NCBI GenBank assembly: GCA_043228905.1
Contig: JBHGNT010000004.1
Coordinates: 25,866,296-25,930,295 of the forward strand
Direction of reading: 5' to 3'
Length of the DNA stretch: 64,000 nucleotides
From: Azolla caroliniana
Lineage: Eukaryota > Plantae > Polypodiophyta
A program made the translations under genes and the position numbers. Numbering within the stretch: the stretch's first letter is position 1; each line of letters begins with the position of its first letter. Below are positions 36,037 to 49,175 of the stretch, one piece after another. The notes below the pieces were generated by a model. That model was not told the origin of the DNA, did no database searches, and saw only the letters and a program-made list of their open reading frames with translations.

Positions 36037-37582
36037 TGTATATGTATATGTATGTAATACTTGCTACCCCACCCCACCACCACATTGTACCCTCCTTGGC
36101 CCATGGATCCTTGACCGGAAGAGACAAATAATAAACCTCCATATTGCAAATTCACTTGATGTTTATCCTTGTCTTGTAGATGTGCTGAAATCCTTCTACC
36201 CTCTATGTCACGTTTCATCCCCATTGTTGCAAAACCTTGTTGACATTGACCCACGATGCCTCGTTCTTTCTATCTTCACCGAAAACTTCAAATGTTACTG
36301 AATTTGTTGCAATGAATTCAACTTATCTCTAATGCATGATTCACTTCCATGTGATAGGCTTTGTGAGATTCTGAATCTTGAGTTTGTAGATGTGTCAAAA
36401 TTCTTCAAATGATTGAGCCTACCTAAATTTCCCAAAGTTATACACTCACCCAAGGCTTGCAACATTCATCTCGACCTATGGTCCCACATTATGAAATGCA
36501 GATTTTCTGGACAAGGCATTGATCTACAGCATAAAAGATTTCAAGTTTGACATGTGGTAGGATGAATTGTGTCTCACAAGGTATCATGTGGATCTACACA
36601 TTGCACAGAGAACAACTTTGCTAAGCTAACCATAACTATGATCAACAATAGTGGTAGGATTAAAATTTGTCCCACCAGTGATAACGTGGAATATGCACAT
36701 TGTATGAGAACTTTGATAATTTGACCACAACTATGATTCCACTCGGTGGTGAACACATCACCATCAGTTAAGTATGGCACCTTTCCATTGGGCCATCTTC
36801 AACTTGTGGTTGCATGGAAATATGTCTTCAAATGGAGCATAAATGATCTCAACTTCATACAGTGTAGTTCTCACAAGATAAACAAGAGCATTTAAGAATG
36901 ATTCATTTGCACTCAATCATTAATATAAGACATTAGTGGTCTAGATGTTGCAAACTGATTAACCATAGTACATTGTTGAGCATCCTCTGAGGTTGGTGCT
37001 TCCAGGGTCATTACAATTTATTAATTGATTACACAACCATGGTGTTCACCACCATTGAAGAAACAATTGGCATTGCTTCAACAACAAGTATGGTGCTCAA
37101 GTTGCAACAATAGGGTCAACGTTAACAAGGATTGAGATTAACTTACCGTGGTTAAAAGACACAGATCAAACTCCTCTATTGTACATGGAGCAATTCATCA
37201 TGGTTTAAATGGGTTGCTCTTCTTTGCTATATATCATGCAATAGGTTCCACAATTTAGATTTTGTTGATTGTACTTGCAAAGGGTCTCTCTTAACTAGGA
37301 AGTGTAAGGGCTAAACAAGAAACAAGGGGATATGAAGAATATTAACCCATAGTCAATCAAAGGAGATATTACAACTAACATAAAAGAGATTAATACAATG
37401 TAACAAAAATATGTAACAATACAACTAAAGTGTTTACTAGTGTATTACAAAAAATGACACAAAAAATGGTATTAGAACATGGCACTTTATAACACAAACA
37501 AGAGGGGCTCAACCAGAGGTTCTTGGGTTTTAATAGCTTGTACATGATCTGATTTAGATTTGACCAGAAATAGAAGCAGGAC

Positions 37583-40500
37583 TTAGATTTGCAATGCCTT
37601 AACACGAGATGTCAGCTCTCTGACTTGGTTTCGGAGTCGGTCTGGTGCACAAAAGAAATCTACAAAAACTTGCCTTTCACGACCTACCTCATGAGGGTGA
37701 TGTTTTACAATCTGAAAAATGATATCATATCACACACAAGTTGAAGTTAATTTAAGTTTAGCACAGTTTTCTCTGAAAAATGATAAAAATTCAAATGTAC
37801 CTCTGCTTTCTCCCGATGTTCCCGTGTAACCTCTTCTAAAGCAATTGACAGCTGGGAATTTACCTTCTCCATCTCTGCTAGCTCTTTTAATAGTGGCTGT
37901 GAGAAAACCAGCATTTCATTCAACAGTAGTGATAAGGAAATGATTGTACAATGTGAAGAAAACATCACATTGTTTTAACTTCTGGATTTGTTGTCAGCAA
38001 TTAATAAACAGCATGTATCTACAAAACTTCCTAGTACAAAATAAGAAATAACAGAACCACAACTGTTACCCAGGGACTTAGAACAGGCTGAGCAGTGGTG
38101 GACGAAGCAAAAAGAAGCTGCTGCAGTCTATGTATTATCTCACAACTGAAAGCAAAACAGAGCATCTAATGTGAGCACATGTAACCTTGGTCTTAATGAG
38201 TGCATCCTATGATTTCACTTACAGTTCATTTATACACTTGTTCTTCTCATCTAGTACAGAACTGTCAAGTTCAGTTTTCAGGTATTGTAATTCTGTCTGT
38301 AAGCTGTTGATCTGCTGAACGAGTCCTGGTGCTGATACATAAATTGGGGCACCCTGATCATCTAAACACACAACAGAACAGTTTACAAAAACTCGCCAGC
38401 TTAAAATATAGAACAGTTATTCTATAGCTTTTCTGAATATTCAACCTTCAAGATCTACGACTTACTTGCATGAATGTTGAGCAGATCCCTGACTCTATGT
38501 AGAAGTGTGTCTCGATCATCAACTGCACCTTGCTCTTGAACCTCTGCACCAGCTTGGATCAAGGCAGAGCACCTTTCCTGTCAGAAAATCAGCAAAAAAG
38601 TTATCTTTATTAACAATCCATTGATTTCCGAAAGTTGCAGAGAGAAGGATACCACTTACCAATCGACCCAAAATTGATTGAGTGAACAATGATAGCTCAG
38701 CCTCAATAACCCTCAAAAGTTCATTTGCTCCATTCATTGTCTTTCGTTCTAGATGGCATGCGATTTGTAGAAAGCGATGGCGAGCCAATTGATTCACAAG
38801 ATGACTTATAAACTGAAAATAAAGAGCAAATACGTGAAGGCAAACAAGGTTCAGTACTACATACAATTAATATGATGAATCAAGCATGTATGATAGCTAC
38901 ACTGAATATTATAAACATACATGACGACAAGAGTGTGCAATATACAAATTCATCATCACGGGAGTGAAAAATGCTTTATAGGGAACATGGAAAACAACAA
39001 CGCAACCTGACGTTACCGTTATGACATCTCATATCTATGGCTCCTTTATTGGCTTTCCTAAACTGAAGTTTATATTAGCATAAATTGTGTGCTTCAGACT
39101 TGTACATCATAATCACCGAACTGCAGTGTACTGAAGTGCAAACTTCCACATGATTGTACCAGAAAATAAATATGCATGTGTGACCCCAATCTCTGGAGAT
39201 TCGAAGCCCAGTGAAGCTCTCCTTTTGTTGATATGATGGCAGGTGAAGGCTTTGAACGATGCCATATAATTCAGCTTCTAACAGAGTGCCTTATAATTCT
39301 TGAGATCATACTCATAGTTCTTGAAGCTCACAGAAACTCATCAAATGTAAAATCTCAATTCCAGGAGATCCTCACAAACTTCCAGCTTAAGGAACTGCAA
39401 TGTATCTATGAATTTTTTCTTTATATGTATGAGCATATGCCTTCTACCTCTCATGCATAGAGATGGAAATAAAATGAAGTCATAGAAGTAGAATGCAAAA
39501 GAACTGAAACAGCATACAAGAACAAGAAAATATGAAAAAAAACGTGGAGATTCAGACTGTCTGAATGTCTTATGAAGCTGTTGAAATTGAGTGGAAGTTT
39601 GAAAGACTATTTTGATGGGGCACTGATATATGAGAGGTTGCTGCCTATGAAAAACTAGAACTAATCTACAGGAAGCTACTGAAGACGACATCTTTGCGAA
39701 AATGTGAGTAATAGCACCTAGTGCCACATCACCGGAGCATTCTTTTTTAATTTCCTTCTTTGGCCTCCAGTGCAGAATATTGTCTGAGTGGTGACAGGAA
39801 CAGACATGCAATCTGGAGTGTTTGCAGGTAGGAATGCAGGAATGTTGGTGTAGCAAAATCCGTTGGAAATCTTATTTTTTGAGCCAGAAAAAAAAAAAAA
39901 ATTTGGAAGGACAAAAATTATTCTAAAAAAGAAAACTAGATATTTGAAAGTTCAGGTTTGATCAACACGATTTCACCAAATATATTTCAATATAGATACT
40001 TTATTTGTCCAAATAAATTTATCAGAGAAAAGATTAATGGGGATCCTATGGATTCATACAGATTTCCAATCAGTAAATTCTTGGTTTCCAAAATACATCA
40101 GTTGGCACACATTCAATACCACACTTGTCTAAGGCTTTAAATGAGAATTTTATCAATGAACTTGCATAATCATATGTCTGGAGAGCAAAATCATATGTTT
40201 TGTTGGCTTAAAAGACTACTCTTCACATTGTTCAGACATATTTGTATATCTATGCACACACATTTGCAATGTATATTTGAAGTACTCACATGTTTCTGTT
40301 GTGATATATAATACTCTTGGCGCATGACTTTTAAATCATAGTCACCTGCATAAATACTTTATTACTCTCCAAATCATAAATAGGGCCAAATTTTCATAAA
40401 ATATTAGCTCAGGTAGGAAAACAGAACCTTGTAAAATGTATGTGTCTTGAAGTTGAGCAAGCTCTGAGCACAATTTTGGAATGACCTGAAAATATATATA

Positions 40501-43500
40501 AATAATTATAGAGTTCTTTTTGGCACTATCACGCCACCCTATAGTTTGCAAATAGCCTCTATGTTCACCTCTGATAAAAACTTCTCTTCTTTCTGAATCA
40601 GGGTATACATTTCATTTCCAATTTCAGAATGCCTCCGCCTGTGCATAAAATAATTTATTATAACATCTCTCCTTTCCTATGTCTCTCTTGCTCTATCGCA
40701 AACTTTGACCTCATTTGCTTAACTGGAGCATAGACATTTAACACTCCAGAGCACACATAAATATTTTATTCTAAACAATATATATAAGCTATTAAACTTC
40801 CTCATTGGAAAGGTCTATCAATTGATAAAGCAGAAGACAACCTTTGCACTGAAATTACCTAAGGAAATGAAGATCAGAGTGTACATGAGCTTCATCTGCT
40901 GAAGCTTGCATTTTTATCGTTGCAAGCACAGCTTGTTGCTTTGCATTTTCAACCTGTGCTTCTACCCACTGTCTCTCACTGATTCCGAAGCTGTAAAAGT
41001 AAAAGAACTTAGCCAGATGGGAAGCCATTTGCTCGCTCACAGAGATCTTAACAAAACATTTCCTTTTCAAGCATGATAGACACAGTTCTCCAATGTTAAT
41101 ACGCTTGAATATTACATGAAAAGTTAATGAGTGATCATTTTAGTGTCATTGAATACACACATTGATCGTAATCGTTGGAGCTCCACAACTCGATGGTGAT
41201 ACATTTTCTCTAAGTCCCCTAGTGAAACCACAGAAACAACAAGATGGTCAAAAAAAGAAAAGAAGATTTTTAGTTCCAACATAAATCTTGTGTGAAATGG
41301 GATTTTCAGCATGTCCATTCAAAACCAAAATATGCATTCCTAAACTGTATCCCCAAAGGTAAGATGGCTTCTAATATTCCTTCTCAAAAAAATTGTCTAC
41401 AGAGCATCTGGATGCAATACGGAGCGGAGCGTAAATGCATATTTGTACAGTTGCAATCACAATTGCAAGCATTTTCTGTCTAAATTTTTGGGAGGAACTT
41501 CAAGGTATGCATTATACGAGGTTAGGCAAGAATGTCCACTTTATTATTGTAACTTTCATTCCCCAAATCCAAATTTGCGGAGAGATTTTCTTAATTTTAT
41601 AAATCAATGCCCACTAGACTTAGGCATGAAAACAAGTTACAACTCGTATTTCTTCCAAATAATCATCCAACCTTTGCAGACATATCTTATAGCAGAAACG
41701 TCATTCCAATGTTTCCAAAATGCCTTTTACTGGACACTAAAGGCTGGAATGTTCTATGAGCCAGATACTGCTTCTGTGTAGAGGCTGGCTGCGCAAAAAT
41801 GTCCCCTCCTATTGTGACTGTACTTTTCCTACATCCAAATTTGCAGATTTGTCGGAACTTACACCATTATTTTATATACTAATGCCGCTAGCCTTGAGTA
41901 CTAAAACAGGTTATAAGCCTAGTGTGTTCTAAATTTTCATCTGCTCTAGTTTTTCAGCAATGCTTCTGCATTTAAAAAATAGGTCCTCATAGCCACCTAC
42001 AGCTCTCAAAAATGAATGAAAAAAACTTTTGCTTGCGCATCCTAGGGAAAATGTAGCATGCAGACTAAGAAATGATGACAGAAATGTGCAGAGAACATCA
42101 TGTCCATCTCAATAACCAAAGTTAACACTTATGATATCTGGAAAAATACAGCTAATAATAATGAGGTTTAAATCTTACCACGTGCATAACGATTTGTCAC
42201 ATCATCAAGACTCACCCAAGAGCACTTTGACTTTCCCTCCTCTGCCACTAATCGTGAGGGACCCTGGAAGCTCAAAAATCATTATCAACATGAGGATAAA
42301 CTTATCACCCTCAGCTTCTACCAAGAAGATATAAATGTCAGATAAAAACAACCATTTGTCTTGCAATACTGGAAGACCACAGAAAGATAGAATTTATGTA
42401 TTTGTATGTGCACCTACTCATCGTCTTTGTTTACGACTGAACCGTAGCAAATGGAAGTGAATTGAGCGTGGACGTTGAGTTAGAGACATTTAGCACCTTT
42501 AGGTATGTATGTGACAGGGGGGCTGTGTTTCAATCTATAATGAGGGGCTGTGTTTTGATCTATAATGAACCTCAGGCCATCTTTGTAAAAGTGCCATTCT
42601 GCAGCAAGATAATACTCGAGTATTAATGTGACAAAGAAACAATGGTACAAGCATCCATGCTTGACTTGGCATCCTTCTCCACAAGATGAGTCAGAGATCT
42701 AGAGTAAGCTGGCAGATTATAGCATGATTATAAGACAATGCCCTACGCTTTGCAAGGAATCATCAGAAAGAATTAAATTGCTGCTTTGTAAGTCAGCAGT
42801 ACTCAGGACATCTTGGTGGGAAGGGGGTCATTTGGTTCATTCAGGATGCTCCTCTTCTCCACCCTCTGCCCACTTTTGTACCTCCGCATTCCTGATGATG
42901 TTACACCTCCCTCTCCTTGTATACTCCTCAATGCAATTATTTAATGACTATAAATAAGACAATTTCCTATCTTTTGTAAGGAATCATCGAAAAGAATTAA
43001 ATTACAGCTATGCAAGTCAGCAATAACCAGGCCATCTTGGTGGGAAGGGGGTCATTCGGTTCACTCAGGATAGTCTACTCCACCCTCTGCCCAATTTTGG
43101 ACCTCCTCATCCCTAATGATGTTACTACTCACTCTCCACCTTACGGCTATAAATTGGGGAAAAGGGGGCAGAGAAGTCCTAGCCAGTGCATAAGGAAACC
43201 ATCCGTTAAGGAAAGGTTTATAATCAAAAAGTTAACGCTACACAATGTAAGGAAAAAGGGGGCAGAGTTCAAGTCCTGGCCAACACAGAAGGGTGATATC
43301 CTTTTCGAGGAGGGCAGAGCCCATAAATAAGAGGATTTATTGCTTATTTGTGGATTTCTGAAAATCCTTTGACACTGTGCGACATGCTCGGTTTAGGCAA
43401 TGGCTAGAAGCCCTTGGTGTCCCTATAGATATGTAACTTAGGAGTTCATGCATTGTATGAACCCGTGTCAAGAAAAGTGTGATCTCCCAATGGTTTGTCA

Positions 43501-46500
43501 AATATAGAGACTGAAGTGTGTGGGTGATAGTAGGCATCCTTGTTTTACTCTGATTGTCCTAGCCACCGATCACATTACATAGAGAGATTCAAGGGTTCGG
43601 GAGCATGGGAGCATGCCTAGCAGCTTTAGCCATACAAATACTACTATATGCTGATGATATTGTGCTGATTTCTGACTCTCCAGAGGAACTACAAAGACAT
43701 CTAAACGCCTTAAAGGTATTTTGTACGGACAAAGGATTGTTGTTAAACATGGATAAAACTTAAGTGAGAGTGTTTAACATCACTCAAGCATGGGTAACAA
43801 GATCAGAACCAGAATTCTTCTTAGGGGGGAAAAGATGGCATACAAATGTTCCTTCACATACCTAGAATTAACATATACAGGACATAAGTTCTCCTTACGG
43901 TGTTCCTTCACATACCTAGAATTAACATATACAGGACATAAGTTCTCCTTACGGGAGGCTTCTTGTGCCCTACTTTCTCGTGCATATGCCACCCTTGGTG
44001 CTCTCAAAAGACAACGTGCACATTTGCAATTCCAAGAGACAATAACTAATTGTAGCTATTTGATATACTTGGACACCAACTCTTCTATATCGAGTAGAAA
44101 CATGGGGACCAACTCTTAACAAGGCAAATAATTGGAAAGATTTAAAGAGAACTTTCGCCTAATTGATTGTCCGCATGATAAGGAGTAAAGCATCAGTGCC
44201 CTATGATATAATCTGTGCAAAGATGGGAGCAGCCTGTATAATCATCAAGGCATTATTTCTATCACTTACCTATATCCAACAGTTTTGGGAGCTCCCTAGA
44301 AGAAGATACTCAAGGTTCGCATTTATGTCATCAAAACAACTTGCTGAACATGCAAATATTCAAAGTTGGTATCCTGAAATGCAACAATATAGCTTGGATT
44401 GTCTGAGTGGAAATGCAACAATATAGCCTCTTTAAGTAAGGCTTTGGCCCACTACATAGGTAATAAAATATGAGGACCAACAGTCTTAGGGCTTTTCTTG
44501 CTAGAACTCAAGAGACACAAGGAAAAGTTGTTGTGAAGGACAACAATACAACCACACAAGCTCATCAACAAAGAGCAATCACAACTTTCTTTAGCCCCAT
44601 CACTCCTACTCATTCTACAAGTCAATCAAGGGCTACACAAGTGGGCTCCCTACAAGGTCATAACAAAGGGGTTATAATAGATCAGGCAATAGAAAGTTAT
44701 CATGCACATAAGCCCCGGCCCCATGGACCACAATCTCACCACCCTTGGCATCGGCAAATACTTACATGTACCCATAAAAATATTCCTTAGTCTCTTTTAA
44801 TCTTATATCCTTTTTTTACTTAGTAGCATGAATTTATTTTGATTTGTTGTTCTCAGAGACGAGATAACACTTAATATGTAATCTCTTATTTGGTCTTATT
44901 GGCCATTTTGGCCTCTTAAAAAACGTCAATATATCTTTCTTTCTTTCCTCTCCTTGAATACTCCTCTATGCAAGTATAGCATGATTATAACACAATTCCC
45001 CACATTTTGTGAGGAAACATCAAAACGAATTACGGATTTGTAAGTCAGCAGCACTCACTATATCAAATTGTTTCACAAACCACTGATTGAGTTCCCTTGT
45101 GCATACTGAATCTTGAACTGTGTATGACTGCAAGTCCATGAAAGAGATATATATCCCATCCTCTGAAAAAACAATCAAACATACATTCAACCATCATTAA
45201 TATATTCACAGAAAAGCCAGAAAACTAAAGCCATCATATATTGCAAAAAGAATCAAATTAAATAAGCAGCTACACTTGTTTTTATAATCAAAACTTGACT
45301 CAATGTTCAATGCAATAAATGCATCAGAAAATATAAATGCTATTATAAAATTTAGATGTCACATCTGCTGTTACACTATCTGTACTCTTCATATCTGACA
45401 GCGCACATTTTGGATGTTCCTCATCAAGAAAATGCAAATAAAATCACTAGTCAAGAAGTTGGCATCCAGAGGTTGGTGTCTGAATATGAACTCACTGCTG
45501 GGGGCTATGGATCCACAAATTTTATTTTATGGCTCAGCTGTCATACTTCCCAAAAAACTTTACCAATATATATAGATTCCTAGTAGTAGGAAATTACATG
45601 CACTTTACCTTCCCCAGAATGATAATGAGCAAGCTCTTGAGAAGAAGAAGAAATCTTTTCCAGAACTGAATTTACCTGTAGTTGAAAAAATACATAAGGA
45701 ACTGCACAGAGATAGTTAACGCTTCAGAAGTCAATCAGAAATGAATAAGACACAAATATCTACCACCATTTTGTTCAAAAAAAGTGGAGATTTGTTCTTT
45801 TGTTTGTTCTGTGCACAAATATTTTCACAGTTTACAAGTACACCCACTAGATGTTTGCATACAAACATCTACAAGTACATACAGATACTAGCGACACTGT
45901 TGTGCTTACATGCATATGTAGATGTAGCTATGTGTATGCACACATATATATGTGCATGCTTACATGTGTACATAGATACATGTGTATTGGTTTTTGTACC
46001 ATATACTCAAATATATGCATCCACAAATACAAACCAAGAACCCTACTTGAAGGTTGGGTCCCAGCCCAACTGAAGGAACCAAAAACACCTTTGAGAAATT
46101 GCCGTAACACACGTTGGAGAATCAAAAACGCCATTTCAGATTTGATACCAACCCAAATTAGAGAACCAAAAAATACTCTCAAGAAATTGTTAACTAAAAC
46201 ACACGTGTAATGCTAAGCTATTCTCACCCTACACCATCATCTCACATTGTACGTGAGGCCAAAGTCCACAATATGATATCAAAATTGTTGAGAGGCCGAA
46301 CTGGAACATTTATGTTGTATTTGCATATAGCATATATGGCACAAACACCAATGCACTATCATACATAATCACCTATGCATCACATACACATATAATACAT
46401 TAACATAATACCTATATTGATATAGTGTGATATCATCACGAAGTCTGAGTTCCATACACACATAATACAGAAAAAGAATATTTATATACATATATGTATT

Positions 46501-48857
46501 ATCATTGTGATTAAGAGCTTCAATCTTGCCATGAACATACGAGCACTCATGCTTTTTAGCATTAGAATCACATCACCAGCAGACAAATCCATGTCAGTGG
46601 CATAAAAATCACATACAATGAAGTGAGTAAGAGGGTTCTCCAATGCGTTCTTACCTCCACATTCCTATTGGCAAGCTTTTCCTCTACTAAAAGCAATTGT
46701 TCATTTGCAGATAAAGCAGCAGCACTTCTAGTTCTCCTCCCTTGAATCAAAGTAGACGCTTGTCCTGATAGCACATCCAATTGTGCCTGTAACCGCTGAA
46801 TCTGTTTGTGCAATTCTGCAGCCTCAGATTTCAACGATGAAGTTGCATCCCTGACCAAATATTGTTTGAAAGGGAATAAGGGCACAAATTATAGTCATAT
46901 GAACTCATGCAGTGCACTTACATCTGATAAATATGGTAATGTCCATAGATCTACTTAGTGTACTCATTATGCTACATTGGAAGAGCAACATTCTGATGAG
47001 ATTGCCCAGCACCACGTAAATGTCAAGGATAATGATCACAGAGGTGAAAGCAATATCAGCTTGTGAATACAAAGAAATTCAAGGGAAAATCCTTTACATC
47101 TACCATAGGGAAGTAACTTTGTCATACCACAAGCCCAAATTGCCCTTGACTAGATAAGGAAAACACTGGCCAGGATGAGAGATTATGGTACTAGAGAGTT
47201 TCCTATTATAGGACCATGTTGAATGAAATCAAAATCAAAAGAAGACTTCAACTCACCTAATTTCTTTCACCGATTCTTCTGTACCCAAGACAGCCTCTTG
47301 ATTACTTCGGCGGTTCGAAAATGCTGAGACACTGTGATATGCAAAATCCAGATCATCCCCCTGAATAAAGTTAAAGTATAATCAACAAGTCTACCTACCT
47401 TCTTATAATTTTAAAACAAATCCATAAATGTTCATAAATGCCAATGAATGTTCTTCCTTTTCTGGAGGTAATGTGTGCTTTTGAATATTACGTTTATGCA
47501 AAGAATGCAACAAGAAAGCTAACTGATCAGCAACAGACCTTAAGGGTGTATGTATTATAAAATATCAGAGTCCCTAGTAACCTACAACCAGCTAAAATGC
47601 AGTTTGTGAGTAATGTCACGCATATATCGCACCTTTGACTTTTGCTCTGTGCAGGCAGATGTATCATTCATTGCAATCTTCTATAAAGGATGTGCATACT
47701 CGGTCAGCTTACAAAATGATTATCTTGGACCTTTGACTTATGTAAGGAGTTCAGTTATTACTGTATAGAATGAGAACTATACAATATTCTCCATCTAGCT
47801 CGACCCAAGAGCCATTCAATTATGACTAATTTCATGTTCTAGAAGATTCAATAGATGCTTTGTGGAATGACAACTATCCATCAATAGCTAACTATTCACC
47901 TAAGTTTACCCCGTGGTTATTCAATAATCACTGACTTCATGTCCTCATAAGAACATAGTTAGCTTGAATCAACTGACCAGCATCCACACAAATCCTAGCA
48001 GATTCCTCCTGTCTGTTATTTATCTAGAATCCATACATATACAACAAACATTCCTAAGCACCAGTATCAAACATACCTCGAGTAGTTTACCATCCACTAA
48101 AAGATCTTGGTACCTGTGACAGGAACGAGCTATTTAATACAGTAACTATGGGGTATATAGAGATTTATAAAGAACTGTAAAATGCAACATTAACAATATT
48201 AATTAAGGTCACAGATATTAACTATCAATTTCAAACCATTTAGTTATAGGAAGCTAGTTTAGACACTGTTTAACATATGTCAATAAACAATCTATTTCAT
48301 AGGCCCATAGGTCCTATTTCTGAATTCCCTAGGATGTTAAAATATAAACAACTCATGTCTCATCAGACTTAATTTTATTAAGCAACTGGGGTCAAATCTC
48401 ACAAATATCAATGCTTTACTAGAAGCGTCTGTGGAATATAAGGGGGTCCACCAGCTAAGCTATATCCGTCTCCACTCAAATACACAGTCTCTATCAGATG
48501 CAACCTTTCCAGCTGAGCTACATCCATCTCTGCTCATACACACAGTCTCCATCTTCGATAGCCCGTAATGGAGGAGATCATTCAAAGTCTGAAGTTTGGG
48601 TCCATCTAAGAGATCAGACGTATATAATTTTTTAAGGTGATGTCTTTGGCTGGGTTTCATAAAACATTCTGGCCTCTTAAGAGACCTCAATCTCTCTCTC
48701 TCTCTCTCTCAAATCCTCATCACACACACACACTATATATATATATATCTCCTCTCTCATTCTCAAATATTCATCACGCACCTACACTATCACCTCTCTC
48801 TCAATTTTTCGATTAGACATACTCTTTCTCTCTAAAATCCTCATTCACACAGACATT

Positions 48858-48906
<49 letters not shown>

Positions 48907-49175
48907 ACGAAAAGTAAGACAGTGAGAGACAGAAAGAGATTTTGGTCCTCTTGTTTTCTTTTTCTTAACTGTAGGGCTTCGGTGGCCGAAAGGACGTTGG
49001 AAGGGCGGAGGTTGGAGCAGAGCCATTGGAGCAGGGGGCGGGTCTCTTCGTACTGGAAAGGCCACTCGAAGCTGTCAGGATCCAGGTCCTGCCATCTCTC
49101 CTTCTCTTTCCCATACCCCACCTCCACCAGAACATCGCACAGCCTCGCACCGCTGCTCATCGCTGCAGCTGCCAT
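37583..49175 (-). CDS. AUG3: Augmin complex subunit 3 (HAUS3), 18 exons
   Basis: GT-AG exons: 49175-48970, 48113-48077, 47360-47257, 46850-46655, 45675-45609, 45162-45059, 42263-42179, 41218-41161, 40990-40859, 40638-40569, 40485-40428, 40345-40290, 38812-38660, 38577-38466, 38361-38223, 38145-38070, 37896-37801, 37711-37583. Peptides [51 protein letters not shown] and [21 protein letters not shown] match plant AUG3. An alternative ATG lies at 49160. Confidence 0.95.
42718..43140. repeat. Degenerate ~230 bp tandem duplication in AUG3 intron 6, with a third partial copy at 44947-45058
   Basis: TAAGACAAT..C...AAGGAATCATC..AAAGAATTAAATT...AAGTCAGCA..A...CATCTTGGTGGGAAGGGGTCATT occurs twice. Confidence 0.8.
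43600..44946 (+). mobile_element. Truncated RTEX-type LINE in AUG3 intron 6, antisense to the gene
   Basis: RT core [41 protein letters not shown], an internal 54-bp tandem duplication at 43847-43954, a 3' hairpin at 44901-44913 and a (CTTT)n tail. Confidence 0.8.

Noticed and set aside
36100-37400. Intergenic sequence with short ORFs between the MITE and the AUG3 3' end
   Set aside because: No recognisable protein motif or splice-consistent model.
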